From positions 1 to 57,307 of IMG/VR virus record IMGVR_UViG_3300007510_000008: DNA of 57,307 nt; one strand, given 5' to 3'. This document shows, piece by piece, positions 24,186 to 35,269 of this stretch. Numbering within the stretch: the first letter of the stretch is position 1; the number at the start of each line of letters is the position of its first letter. A program made the position numbers and the translations under genes. Source of the stretch: a virus (Duplodnaviria; Caudoviricetes). The notes under the pieces are model-generated. The model was not told where the DNA came from and did no database searches. It saw only the letters and a program-made list of their open reading frames with translations.

Positions 24186-27100
24186 ATGAAAATGACTTTC
24201 AAGTTGAATCCTTCGCTTCACAAGGCTCTTGTTCTCTTGATTGACAAGGGTTGCATTTTCTACGATTCCAATTGTAATGAATACGTTGGAATCATGCCTA
24301 ACGGCCAGGAAGTTGGTCTAGGCTGCAATCCTGATCAGCTTGAAAAGTATCTGGCCGATTACCCTTCCCCTGATACTTGGTAGAGAGGAAACCGAAATGC
24401 CTAAGTTCAAGATTACGGTAAACCATTGGGTAGGAGAAACCATTGATAGAATCTCTACTTGGGAAGTGGAAGCTGAGAGTAAAGAAGCGGCTTACGAAGC
24501 TTTTCTAGATGGGGACGGTAAGGAAATGGCGGTAGTTTCTAATGAATGTGAAAATGTTCGTGGGCTTGAAACCGAAGAAATCTAGGAGATAGAATCATGG
24601 AAGGCAAAGTAAACTACAATCAGGTTTGGAAAATCGTCAACGCGGCTATTACGGCGCATGGAATCCTTAGAGATTTTGACGACATTGATACTCAAGCTGC
24701 TTTTGAAGTTCTAGACAAAGTTGTGGGCAAGGATGCCCCGAAGCTCTACATTGAAAGTGAGGACAAGTAAATGAAATTCCGCGTGTTTGTGTCTTATCCC
24801 ATGAGTGCTTTCGGATCAGTTGACGAAGGCTTGCTTGCTACCGATGCCAAAAAGTTCGGCGGTCGTGAATGGGGTTCTGGTGCTGGTCTAGGTCGGCGTG
24901 ATCTGGACTATGGTGATTTTACGGATGAGAACAAGGCCGAAGATTTTGCCATGCATGCGCGTGGCATTCACAAGGAAGCTGATGCTTGGGTTGAATTCGA
25001 TGAGGATTCCGAACTAGATTGGGGTGATGATTACGATGAATAAGCATCCTTTGATGAAATGCGGCCACGTTGCCCAAGGTGAAAACTCCGAAGGGAAACC
25101 TTGCTGCGTAATTTGCTTTCCTGACGTAGAATCTCAGATCGTGGACGAAGAAGCTCCTGACCTTACTGGACGGGAAGCAAAATGCTCCGAGTGTGGGCGA
25201 ATCGTTCCTTCCAGCTATGACTTGCCTTTCTTTGAGCATCGTCCCGATCATGAGTTTGACGATTACTATAACGGCTGTAGGGGGTGGGACTAATGTTCAA
25301 AAACAAGGAAGAAGCTTTTTGTCAAGGTCTGCTTCACGGCATGTCTCATGATGCTGCGATTGATCGTTGTGAATGGGAAGCGCATTACCAGCGAAAGCGC
25401 GGCGGGTTCGGAGGTATCTTCTACCATACGTGCATTCGCAGATTGAAGGAACTGAAAGCTTTCGAGGAATCGAAACATACGTTTAGGAGCGCATGATGAT
25501 TACGGCTGAAATGGTTAAGACTTGGCCTGTTGAAAAGCTTGCTGGTTTTCTTCAGGCATACATAGTTGAATGGTCCTATCAGGGATCAGACTTTACGCCC
25601 GAAGATTGCCTTGTCCTTACTGAACTTTTGAATCGCCTGAGAGAAATGGAGTCTAAGCAATGCGGTTAATGACTCAGATGAAATTCTGGTGTGCCATTGC
25701 GGGAATCTGCTTACTCGCTTTCTCGTTCTGGCTCATGCTGGTTTCTGTGATCGTAGGAAGTACGTTAGCATTTTGGGTCGGTTTGGGCTTGACAGCGTTC
25801 ACTCTTTACGCTATACTTTGGCTCGTACCGAAAACTCTGGACTAGGAGAGAATCATGTCTGAAAAAACAGTTGCGGGAATCACTAAGCAAGAGTATGAGA
25901 AGTATGAGCGTGTTCGTGCCTCTGGCGTGACTAACATGTATGATTCAAAATTTGTCAAAAAGCTAAGTGGTCTGTCTGAAGAAAAGCAGATTGCTATCAT
26001 GGAAAATTTTGGTGAGTTGATGAAAACTTGGCCCGATGTGAGGGAGATTTAGAAATGTCTGCAACAGAAATGAAACGTAGGGAAGCTTGGCTTAAGAAGG
26101 AAGCAAAGCGCATCAAGGCCGATGGTGATGCTACCGATGAGATGTTTCTTAAGTATGGCAAGGATGCCACAAGCTACAAGAAAGCGATTAAGGCAATGTG
26201 CGTTCAATGCATTGCTACGAATCGCACAGGTGAATGTCCTAGCGTGGGCTGTCCCTTGTGGCTGTTCAGGAAGGGCAAGAATCCTTACGATAAGCGCGGG
26301 AAGCGCGGAGGTAATACTGACGCTCTGGTAAAGGCTAGGGCTGCTCGTAAAGCTAAACAGAAGGGGAAGAAGTAATGCTAATGTTTTTCGTAATAGGATT
26401 GTTGATTGTAATCTTGTGGAGAGTGTCTAGCATTCAGATCGATATCAACGAAATGAAACAGAAGGGAAAGAAGTAATGACTTGGCCCGAAGCATTTGCTA
26501 TTAGTGTGCCGATAATCTGCTTGGTGGTATTTCTTTGGAAATTCATGCATGAAGTTGGAAAGGAGAATTAACATGGCTAAGAAGTCGGCCAGTAACCAAA
26601 GAAGCCATTTTCGAATGGGTGTTGGACAGGGGAAAGACTTTAAGGGTTGCAGAAAGCAACGAAGTTACCGTATAAAGAAGGAGAAAAGAATGCCTATCCT
26701 GTGTAGCAAGCGGCGTGACGTTGAAAAGCCTTGGGCGATTTTCGAAGGCGGCGATTGGGAATGGCGAGTTCTTAAGAACTGGCAGAAAGATCCCGAAAAG
26801 GAATATGCGCGTTTTCATTGTGCGGTATCTTCCCCGCATACTTTCGGATCGTATGACATTGGGGACGTTTACTGTAAGGACATTCTGGAAACTGTGGGTG
26901 TCCTTCTCAAGTCCGCGCATCGTGACTTCCTTGCGCTTTACTTTTCCGAGGATATCATGAATGATGAGGATTATCTTACGCGACTTCTGGCTAAGGCTGG
27001 AATCGAACTTTTGGAGGATTAGAATGAACAAGGATTTCGTGTTTGACGATTTCGTGCGTTGCCATTTCAATGACGATTTTCTGGACAAGGGTTCGGAGGC

Positions 27101-27594
27101 TTACTTCACCAAGCTGATGGACGATAGCATTCTTGTGACTATCTTCACCAGCCATGATCATCGTAGGCTCACCAAGAGCTACAGAAATATGGATGAGTTC
27201 CTTAAGGACTTCTCCTATACCCTTACTCGTCAGGAGAACGAAAAGTAATGGCACGTTTTGAAACAACTCAGTTGGAGTGTGTTGACTGTGGCGCGGTATT
27301 TGAGTTTATGTATCGCTGCCCTGAATGTGGAAGTAAAGACGTTATCACTTTGGACGAAGAAGAAACGCCGATGAATCGGAAGCGTAAGAACTTCGATGAT
27401 GAAGGAGAATACTAATGCTGCGGTTAGTGGTTTCTTTTGTGATGCTCTTGGGCGGGACAGTTATCGGTTGGACCGCTTTCATTAAGGGCTTTGGCTTGAG
27501 CGTTGTATCATGGCCTTGGCTCATTTGGGGTTATTTTGTGGCGATTATCCTTCTAGTTCTGGCGAATGCTATTGTTAGGGAGAAACGCTACTAA
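24186..27594 (+). CDS. run of ~15 small early hypothetical ORFs (e.g. 24186..24383, 24397..24585, 24597..24770, 24771..25043, 25036..25293, 25660..25845, 25855..26052, 26055..26375, 26573..27022, 27024..27248, 27248..27415 Zn-ribbon, 27415..27594 membrane)
   Basis: Translationally coupled ORFs with strong SD sequences; no recognisable domains except CxxC pairs and hydrophobic segments. Confidence 0.7.
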
Positions 27595-27616
27595 TCGATT
27601 CTGAATAAAATTGACG

Positions 27617-27660
27617 AAGCTCTCTATTTAGGTTTAGACAACCTGAATGGAGGGCTTTTT
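27617..27660 (+). terminator. intrinsic terminator ending the early block
   Basis: AAGCTCTCTATTTAGGTT/AACCTGAATGGAGGGCTT hairpin plus T run. Confidence 0.7.
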
Positions 27661-27663
27661 CAT

Positions 27664-28530
27664 ATGCACAAACTAGTGACTTCGTACACCGAACTTTTCC
27701 GCGAACTGAAATCGACTTTGAATTCTCAGGAAGAACACTACGAGGCTTTGAGCGGGGAACTTGGCGTACAGATCGCTAGGTTACAGTTCCACCTAGAGAA
27801 CAGAACGGTTTTTCGCCCTAATAGTCTCCACCAGATCGTACTTCAAAAAATGCTTCAATCGCTATCTACTTACAAAGCGCGTTGTGATACTATCCTGAAA
27901 CAGCTTCGTTCAAGCCGAATCGATTTTGATGAGACTTTGACAACTCAAGAATGGGTTGCCAATGCGATTGCCACAAAGGAGAAGTTACATGAGAACACCG
28001 AGCGCGATGCGTGAGTTTTTCGAACATAAGATGGCTTCGAATTTCCACAAAGGATTGTCTGGACGCAAAAAGCACAGCCGTAATGTGGTGCATGTCGTTC
28101 AGCTATGCAAAGAGATTGAGAAGATGCTCGACCACAAGCTGCTCCTGAATCAAGAGCTAGCGGACCAGTTGGGCTATCTTATCAACTATGATCCTAGAGC
28201 AAAGTTAGACATTGGACAGTAAGCATGCCTTCTACCGCTATCGTTGAAATGATCAATGCCGATAGAAGTCCCTTGGTTGGAATTCAATCAGGGGATACTG
28301 GTTCTGTTGTGATTGGTGTCTATGATCTGATTGAATGCCAGAATCAAATGGGCGTGATGTTTCGTATTGAGGGCTTTGCGGTAGGTGAAGTGGGTTATCC
28401 TGAAGTGTACACGGCAAGCCTACAAGAAGTAAACGAGTGGGTTCTCTTGGGAATTACAGGGGGCGTAACTTGGTTACTTGAGGTTGGACCGAATCGATAT
28501 CTACTCTTACCCTACAAGGTGATGACATGA
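27664..28530 (+). CDS. three hypothetical ORFs (27664..28014, 28007..28222, 28225..28530)
   Basis: Coupled + strand ORFs. Confidence 0.6.
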
Positions 28531-28792
28531 GTTACAATTTTGGAACGCCAGGAAAATTCTTTGAACAAGGGAAGAATCCTGTTTTAGCAAACGTACCCAA
28601 GAAACAGGTAGAGCCTAGTAGCCCACCTGTCGAGGAGGAATAATGCCAGTAGAAGATCGTTACATTATCAAGAAAGTTCCCATGACGGAACTTGAAGAAT
28701 ACTCCAATAGTGTTATTGGATACTGCTTGTGGGACATTTACCCCCTTGAGCATAACTATTTTCTAGTTGTGTTGGAGCGTGAGGAGAACTAA

Positions 28793-29758
28793 ATGAAAGC
28801 CCTAGTAACAGGGGCAGCGGGTTTCATTGGTTCTAATCTTTGTGACTACTTGATTGAAAAAGGATGGGACGTAGTGGGCGTGGATTCATTCACAACTCAT
28901 TATGACCCTCAGTTCAAACGATTGAACCTGTATGATCTTTCCTTCAATGATAACTTTGAATTGATAGAGAAGGATCTGGCCTACATGCCTCACGAAGAAT
29001 TGGTGGAGCTAATCAAGAGCGTTGATGTAGTGTTCCACCTTGCGGCACGTGCGGGGGTACGCTCTAGTTGGGGGGAAAGGTTTGTACACTATCTCTCTGA
29101 CAATATTCTCGTAACACAGAATCTTCTGGACGCAATGAAGGAAGTTCCCTCAGTAGAATTATTCTACGCAGGGACAAGTTCTGTCTATGGTGATACGATG
29201 GTTCCCTTCGATGTGAACCAAAGAACCAAGCCTGTTAGTCCTTATGGAGTAACGAAAAATGCTTCCGAGGATTTGATCCGACTTTATCATCGATGGCATG
29301 GAGTTCATTACACGATCCTTAGACTGTTCAACGTCTATGGTCCGCGCCAGCGTCCCGACATGGCGTTTGGCCGACTTATCATGAGTGGACTTATGGACAA
29401 GCCTTTCAATCTCTATGGTGGAGTGAAGCGGGAATTCACTTACGTTGAGGACGTATGCGAAGCCTTCTATAAGGCAGCAGAACGTAAGGCCGACTGTTAC
29501 ACGTACAATATCAGCGGCGGTTCTGTTGTTTCGATGGACGCAACAATCAAGATCATTGAGAAAGAACTAGGAAAGGAGATTAACGTTTTACGTAACCCAG
29601 GAGTTCGTGGTGATGCAAATATCACACAAGCTGCCGAAGATTGGCGGCTTGAACGATGGTGGTTGCCTTCGACTCTGTTAAAGGATGGAATAGAGAAGCA
29701 AATTCGTTGGGTCAAAGAGAATCTTAACCAAGCGAGTTACTATCTGAATGAGGTATAA
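28793..29758 (+). CDS. NAD-dependent nucleotide-sugar epimerase (UDP-glucuronate 4-epimerase-like SDR)
   Basis: VTGAAGFIGS, HLAARAGVR, SPYGVTK (YxxxK), FNVYGPRQRPDMA. Confidence 0.92.
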   Translation: MKALVTGAAGFIGSNLCDYLIEKGWDVVGVDSFTTHYDPQFKRLNLYDLSFNDNFELIEKDLAYMPHEELVELIKSVDVVFHLAARAGVRSSWGERFVHYLSDNILVTQNLLDAMKEVPSVELFYAGTSSVYGDTMVPFDVNQRTKPVSPYGVTKNASEDLIRLYHRWHGVHYTILRLFNVYGPRQRPDMAFGRLIMSGLMDKPFNLYGGVKREFTYVEDVCEAFYKAAERKADCYTYNISGGSVVSMDATIKIIEKELGKEINVLRNPGVRGDANITQAAEDWRLERWWLPSTLLKDGIEKQIRWVKENLNQASYYLNEV

Positions 29759-29760
29759 CT

Positions 29761-29964
29761 ATGAGTAAGAAACCCGAATACCAATTGAACTTTGATACAG
29801 TACGAACACTCAAGAAGGCTCTAACAACGGGGGACGATATCGCATCCAACTTGGAGCAAGTATCAGAGAACGGAGATCACGAATCGCTCATCGAGCGATG
29901 GGACTCATACGTAGAAAAGTTACTCACCGACTTCGACAAAGCAGGGATCAACTTAGAACACTAA
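29761..29964 (+). CDS. hypothetical protein
   Basis: GAGG RBS, 67 aa. Confidence 0.6.
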   Translation: MSKKPEYQLNFDTVRTLKKALTTGDDIASNLEQVSENGDHESLIERWDSYVEKLLTDFDKAGINLEH

Positions 29965-30024
29965 GCTAAGTTAGTTCTGCCCTTAATGCCCCCTAAAGAC
30001 TATTTATCTTTAGGGGGTATTTCT

Positions 30025-30579
30025 ATGATCTGTAATTACTGCAAAGAGGATAAGCCTATAGACCAGTTTCCACGTTATGAAAAAACGAAGTGGAAGATCT
30101 GCGCCCTTTGTCTAAAGGAACGAAATAAGGCTTACTATCAAAAGAATAAGGATAGGTATAAAGAACGAGGGCGTAAGTGGCAGGATGAAAATAAAGAGAG
30201 AATCGCAAAGAAGCGAAGGGACTACTACTTAGAGAATAGGGAACGCTTAAAGGCGTATCAAAAGGAATGGAAGAAAAGAAATCCCGATCTTCACAAGAGA
30301 CACAAGACTAAGCGGAGAGCTATAAAGATGCAAGTGGAAACCGAAGTGTGGACACATGAAGAAATCGCCGCACAGGGAACAGGTTTATGTCCTTACTGTG
30401 GTAAGGAAATTGGCTTCGTGTATGATTCAGAGATCATGCAGATAGACCATATGATCCCTTTAAGTCGTGGTGGTTCGGACTTGACAGAGAATCTTGAGCC
30501 TGTATGTTGTGAGTGTAATCTAAAAAAGCATGCAAAAACGAAAGCAGAGTATATACTTTTCCTCAAGGATCTACTATAA
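30025..30579 (+). CDS. HNH endonuclease
   Basis: CPYCG...IDHMIPLSRGG...NLEPVCCECNLKK; basic helical N terminus. Confidence 0.88.
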   Translation: MICNYCKEDKPIDQFPRYEKTKWKICALCLKERNKAYYQKNKDRYKERGRKWQDENKERIAKKRRDYYLENRERLKAYQKEWKKRNPDLHKRHKTKRRAIKMQVETEVWTHEEIAAQGTGLCPYCGKEIGFVYDSEIMQIDHMIPLSRGGSDLTENLEPVCCECNLKKHAKTKAEYILFLKDLL

Positions 30580-30580
30580 T

Positions 30581-31078
30581 ATGGCACGAATAAAACGCAT
30601 GGCAAATGTCCATTGGAAAACGAGGCCGAAACGGGTTAAGCCGATTCAGAGAACGCCGACCAAGCAATCCAAGGATATTAAAGGGCCAAAGGAAACTACA
30701 TTCAGACGCAAGGAATCCGACATTGAAGTTGGAACCTTCGTCAAGTTTGCGTATCTAAAGCCGTGGGCTTGGGACACGCGCCCTGTTGTGTTTGTGCTTC
30801 ATGCGGACAAGCAATGTGATCGGCCTTTCATTGAGGGCATAAACATTCGTTACATGAATCGAAAATACTGGACAACGTTGGAGAACTTCAAGGAGAAGTT
30901 TCCTAATGCAGATGGGAGGCTGTTCTACTTCCTGCTCAAGCGTTCTGCCCCTAGACTGTTGAAAGCGTATAGACGCTATCTCTATGAGCGCATGGGTTCC
31001 GAGGTAGAGGGCCTAGTGCTTGAGGGAAACCGAAGTAGAATCAGAACCAGACAAACTCGAAAAGGTGAGGTTATCTAA
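30581..31078 (+). CDS. possible DNA end-protector (T4 gp2-like) protein
   Basis: G.FVKF.Y...D.RP.VF...FIEGINIRY...YRRY pattern resembles gp2-family proteins. Confidence 0.45.
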   Translation: MARIKRMANVHWKTRPKRVKPIQRTPTKQSKDIKGPKETTFRRKESDIEVGTFVKFAYLKPWAWDTRPVVFVLHADKQCDRPFIEGINIRYMNRKYWTTLENFKEKFPNADGRLFYFLLKRSAPRLLKAYRRYLYERMGSEVEGLVLEGNRSRIRTRQTRKGEVI

Positions 31079-31837
31079 ATGACCAAATTCCATATCGTGA
31101 TTCCTGCTTGGAATTGTGAACGTTATATCAAGGCATGTATAAAAAGCATCAAGTCGCAGACACATGATCGTTTTAAGGCAATTATCATTGTTGATGGCGG
31201 GACAACCGATGATACCTATGAACTCGCCCGTAAAGCGATTCGTGGGGATGATCGGTTTATGCTTAAGGAGCAACCCGAGAACATGGGCGGCATGTTCAAT
31301 CTGATCGATGGTTGGCAGACGCTACGCGATGAAGATAGCGACAATCCTCAAGATATTCTGCTTGAGGTCGATGGGGACGATGCTCTCACGCACAAGTGGG
31401 TTCTTCAGAAGCTTGTCCAAGCCTACGAAGATCCTAACGTTTGGCTTACCTACGGTTCGCACGTGCGTTCCACAGGAGAGCATATTGTTTGCCGCGAGTA
31501 TCCCGATTTCATCTGGAAAAAGAAGGGCTTTAGACAGTTCGGCTGGTGGGCTTCTCAGTTGAGAACCTATCGGCGTTTTCTTTGGGATGAAGTCAAGCTA
31601 GATGACATGAAAGACAAGGAAGGCAACTACTACAAAGTCGCTTGGGATCTATCCTTCATGTTCCCCATGCTTGAAATGTGTGAGCAGGAGAACGTCAAGG
31701 TATTCCAAGAAGCTCTTTTGTATTATAATATCCATGCTAATTGCGATTTCATTTCAAAAGAAGGAGAGCAGAGGCGTAACGATTGGGAGATACGAGCCAA
31801 GGCGAAGTATAAGCCCTATAACGAGGTGAAATCATGA
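31079..31837 (+). CDS. glycosyltransferase, GT2/GT-A
   Basis: IVIPAWN...CIKSIKSQ...VDGGTTD, EVDGDD. Confidence 0.9.
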   Translation: MTKFHIVIPAWNCERYIKACIKSIKSQTHDRFKAIIIVDGGTTDDTYELARKAIRGDDRFMLKEQPENMGGMFNLIDGWQTLRDEDSDNPQDILLEVDGDDALTHKWVLQKLVQAYEDPNVWLTYGSHVRSTGEHIVCREYPDFIWKKKGFRQFGWWASQLRTYRRFLWDEVKLDDMKDKEGNYYKVAWDLSFMFPMLEMCEQENVKVFQEALLYYNIHANCDFISKEGEQRRNDWEIRAKAKYKPYNEVKS

Positions 31838-32643
31838 GCAAATCTAGAGTAAACTACGTGATCCCCTTCCGAGGCCGCTTTTTCTTGATTGAAAGATGCA
31901 TTCAAAGTCTCATGTCGCAGAAAAATGGCGATTGGTTGGCACATATTGTAGAGGATGCCTCAGAATGGGACGATACAGACCGAAAAAGACTACATGTTCT
32001 AGTAGATAATGAGCCGCGAATCACTCTCCTTGAGAATTCCGAGCGTCAAGGCCCATTACACAACGTTTACAATGTCATTGTGAACCATTTGAAGGGTGAT
32101 GACACCATTATTGCACAGCTTGACGGTGACGATTGGCTGTTGCCTAACGCAACTGATGTAATTTTGGGCATGCATAAGCAATCTACTATCACATACGGTC
32201 AATTTCTGCGTTATGCGCCGTGGACTCCGTGGCATATGAAGTATGGACATTGCCGAGAGTACCCGCCACAAGTGATTTTGGCGAATTCGTATGAAGATTA
32301 CCCTTGGGTCGCTTCGCATCTCAAGACTTTCAAGAGAAAGTGCTTTACAGCTATACCTTACGAGATGATGATCGATCCCAGGAACGGAAACTTTTGGAAT
32401 TCAAGCTATGACATGGCATATATGCTGCCAATGCTTAAGATGATTGAGGACAAGAACGAAATCTACTTCAACTCGCTTCCGATTTGCATGTATAACATGG
32501 AAAATTGGGATTCTGAGCATGTGAAGGAGAAAATCCAAGTGGAAACCGCGAAGTTCATTGCTGAAGCGGTGAAGTTATACATTGACCAAGGAAAGAGGTT
32601 CGATAATGAAGATTCAAATGCAGGGAGTGAACCCCGAGACTAA
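31834..32643 (+). CDS. glycosyltransferase, GT2/GT-A (paralog of upstream gene)
   Basis: VIPF...CIQSLMSQ...EDAS, QLDGDDWL; shares ASHLKTF and D.AYM.PML with the 31079 gene. Confidence 0.88.
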   Translation: MSKSRVNYVIPFRGRFFLIERCIQSLMSQKNGDWLAHIVEDASEWDDTDRKRLHVLVDNEPRITLLENSERQGPLHNVYNVIVNHLKGDDTIIAQLDGDDWLLPNATDVILGMHKQSTITYGQFLRYAPWTPWHMKYGHCREYPPQVILANSYEDYPWVASHLKTFKRKCFTAIPYEMMIDPRNGNFWNSSYDMAYMLPMLKMIEDKNEIYFNSLPICMYNMENWDSEHVKEKIQVETAKFIAEAVKLYIDQGKRFDNEDSNAGSEPRD

Positions 32644-33610
32644 TTCTGGTCCCGCTAAGTTTGCAAAACGACTCGCAGACGAGTTCAGCCGTAAAGGGCA
32701 TAAGGTTATTTGGGATATCTACGAAGATTTCGATGTTGGACTCATTTTCATATCGAATTCCTTCGATTTACGTTCCGATAGGCCCTACGTGCAGCGTTTG
32801 GACGGCATCTATATCAATGAACAGGTGAATTTCGAAGGTTTGACCCACAAAAATGGTAACGACCATATAATTCGCACCTACAATTCCGTTGATGCCCATA
32901 TTTTCCAATCCAACTTCACAAAGCAGCTTGTTGCCAAGCATTTTAGGCATTGGCTCACCCTGGAAGAGCCGCACTGGAAAGTCATTCCAAACGGTACAGT
33001 CATCGATACGAAGCCGAAAAAGCGTCTAGATTACCTTTCAGACTACGATAGAGTCATTTTTAGTGCGTCAAGCTGGCGACCTAACAAAAGACCCGAGGAT
33101 AACCTTGCCGTTTTCGAACATTTGAAGGAAATGGTCGATTACAAGGTTGCTTTCGTCATGGTTGGTGATTTCAATTGGTGCGGAGTCTATTCAGACGATG
33201 AAGATGTCTATATCATCCGTCAAAAGATCGATGATGACATGATGAAGGCGTTTTTCCGCTCATCCGACTATTTCTTCCATATGACATACCTAGATAACTG
33301 TCCAAACTCTGTTGTAGAGGCTTTGGGCCATTCTGTGCCTGTACTTTGCTCTGAATCGGGCGGGACAGGTGAATTAGTGCAAGATCCCGACTCTGGGATC
33401 ATTGCACCTGAGAAATACAGTCTAAAGGTCCACAATACCTACGAACCGCCGTCAATGGAAGAAGATTACGAAGCAATTGCGGCAAGAGTGGTCGAGAACA
33501 TGGAAATGGCGCACAATTTCAATTGGACGCATGATTTGATCAATATTGAGAACACAGCGAACCGATACCTAGCCTTTTTGGAGGAAATTCATGAAAACTA
33601 CCGACCTTAA
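32606..33610 (+). CDS. glycosyltransferase, GT4/GT-B
   Basis: RLDG, IFQS, IPNG, DNCPNSVVEAL...PV...GGTGELV. Confidence 0.88.
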   Translation: MKIQMQGVNPETNSGPAKFAKRLADEFSRKGHKVIWDIYEDFDVGLIFISNSFDLRSDRPYVQRLDGIYINEQVNFEGLTHKNGNDHIIRTYNSVDAHIFQSNFTKQLVAKHFRHWLTLEEPHWKVIPNGTVIDTKPKKRLDYLSDYDRVIFSASSWRPNKRPEDNLAVFEHLKEMVDYKVAFVMVGDFNWCGVYSDDEDVYIIRQKIDDDMMKAFFRSSDYFFHMTYLDNCPNSVVEALGHSVPVLCSESGGTGELVQDPDSGIIAPEKYSLKVHNTYEPPSMEEDYEAIAARVVENMEMAHNFNWTHDLINIENTANRYLAFLEEIHENYRP

Positions 33611-34301
33611 GACCTACTTTAGCGAAATCAGCTACAATTGGCGTAAGGATGCGAAACTCATCCAATCCATTTGTAAAGTCACGAAAACTCGCGTAAAACC
33701 ACCTTCAGAACGTTTCGAAGCGGGTTGGGAACAGCAATACCTGATTCATGCGATTGCAAAGCATACAGGAGCTAAGAGCTTCTTTGAAATCGGGACGGGG
33801 CGCGGTACAACTTGCTACGTGCTTGGTTTGATCCCTGAAATGGAGGAAATCGTTACGATTGATGTGGTACCCTTCGAAAAAGCGCAAGATACGGCTTTGA
33901 TGTGGGAACCGATCAACATTTCGAACAAAGAGCTTTACGAATTGCTTAATATTCCTGGCAAGGACAAGATCACGTTTCATCATGTAGATAACAAAAGGTT
34001 CGATAGTATGAGCTACCAAAACCACTTTGACCTGATTTTCATCGATGGAAATCACGATGACCCGACTATCATCATGGAGGACTTCTATATTTCGGAGTAC
34101 ATGCTTGCTGATGGTGGTATGATCCTTTTTGATGATTACAACTGTCCTTGGGGCGTAGGAGTGACTGAAGTAGTTGATGAAATCGTTGCTACAGGTGAAT
34201 GGGACGTTGAAATGATTGAGTTCCGAGGACACTTGTTTGATGGCCCTGCTGGTCCTGAAACGGATCAGGGGTTGGTTCTACTGAAGCGAAAGGAAGCCTA
34301 A
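33591..34301 (+). CDS. class I SAM-dependent methyltransferase
   Basis: FEIGTGRG, DLIFIDGNH, GGMILFDDY. Confidence 0.88.
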   Translation: MKTTDLKTYFSEISYNWRKDAKLIQSICKVTKTRVKPPSERFEAGWEQQYLIHAIAKHTGAKSFFEIGTGRGTTCYVLGLIPEMEEIVTIDVVPFEKAQDTALMWEPINISNKELYELLNIPGKDKITFHHVDNKRFDSMSYQNHFDLIFIDGNHDDPTIIMEDFYISEYMLADGGMILFDDYNCPWGVGVTEVVDEIVATGEWDVEMIEFRGHLFDGPAGPETDQGLVLLKRKEA

Positions 34302-35269
34302 TGAAGTTATTCGTCAATGATCCCGCAGAAGGTTGGATTGTAGATCGTATTAGGGATGAGTTCCTTGAATTTACGTCCCATGAAATCGTGGACAAGCCCG
34401 AGGACGCAGATATCATATGGTTGATTGCTCCTTGGGTCTGGGCGCAAATTCCCGTTCCTGTTCTTAAAGAGAAGTTCGTTATCTGTACCATTCATCACAT
34501 TGATCCTAGCAAGTTTGATCTTCGTGAGTTTGAGCTACGGGACGAATTTGTGGATCACTACTTCACGCAAGATGTATTCACTTACCATTTGATTGACAAG
34601 GGAAGTGACTCTCCTGTGATGCTTACGGATTACTGGTGTAACAAAGAGGACTTTTTTCCTCTCTCTGAAGAAGAACGCACGAAGCTTAAAGAGGAACTAG
34701 GAATTCCCGAGGACAAGCTCATCTTCGGATCATTCCAGCGTGATACTGAAGGTCACGATCTAGCGTCCCCTAAGTTGTCCAAGGGGCCAGATCGATACGT
34801 GGCTATCATGAAAGCTTTGAAAGAAGCGGGGAATGATAGCCATGTGGTTCTAGCGGGTTGGCGCAGACAGTATATCATGGCCGAGTTAGACAAACTTGAG
34901 ATTCCTTACTCTTACTTTGAAAAGGCTGACGTTGAGCGATTGAATGAACTATACAACGTCATTGACTTGTACCTTGTGACTTCCCGCCATGAAGGTGGGC
35001 CGCAAGCCTTGTTTGAAGCTAGCTTGGCACAGAAGCCTATCCTATCAACTCGCGTGGGATCAGCACAGAGAACTTTGCACCCCTACTCAATCTGTAAGGA
35101 TGAAGGGGAAATGGCAAATCGTATCCATGAGTTTGACGGTAACAGCGTTACGGCTATGGTTACGTACAACTACAAGAAGGCTTTGAATCAGGACATTCGC
35201 AGACATATCAAAGTGTACGATGAGATCATCGAAAACTGTTGGAAGGTTGCTCATGAAGATACTGATTGA
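34301..35269 (+). CDS. glycosyltransferase, GT4/GT-B
   Basis: GSFQRD...KGPD, LYNVIDLY..TSRHEGGPQALFEA...STRVG. Confidence 0.88.
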   Translation: MKLFVNDPAEGWIVDRIRDEFLEFTSHEIVDKPEDADIIWLIAPWVWAQIPVPVLKEKFVICTIHHIDPSKFDLREFELRDEFVDHYFTQDVFTYHLIDKGSDSPVMLTDYWCNKEDFFPLSEEERTKLKEELGIPEDKLIFGSFQRDTEGHDLASPKLSKGPDRYVAIMKALKEAGNDSHVVLAGWRRQYIMAELDKLEIPYSYFEKADVERLNELYNVIDLYLVTSRHEGGPQALFEASLAQKPILSTRVGSAQRTLHPYSICKDEGEMANRIHEFDGNSVTAMVTYNYKKALNQDIRRHIKVYDEIIENCWKVAHEDTD

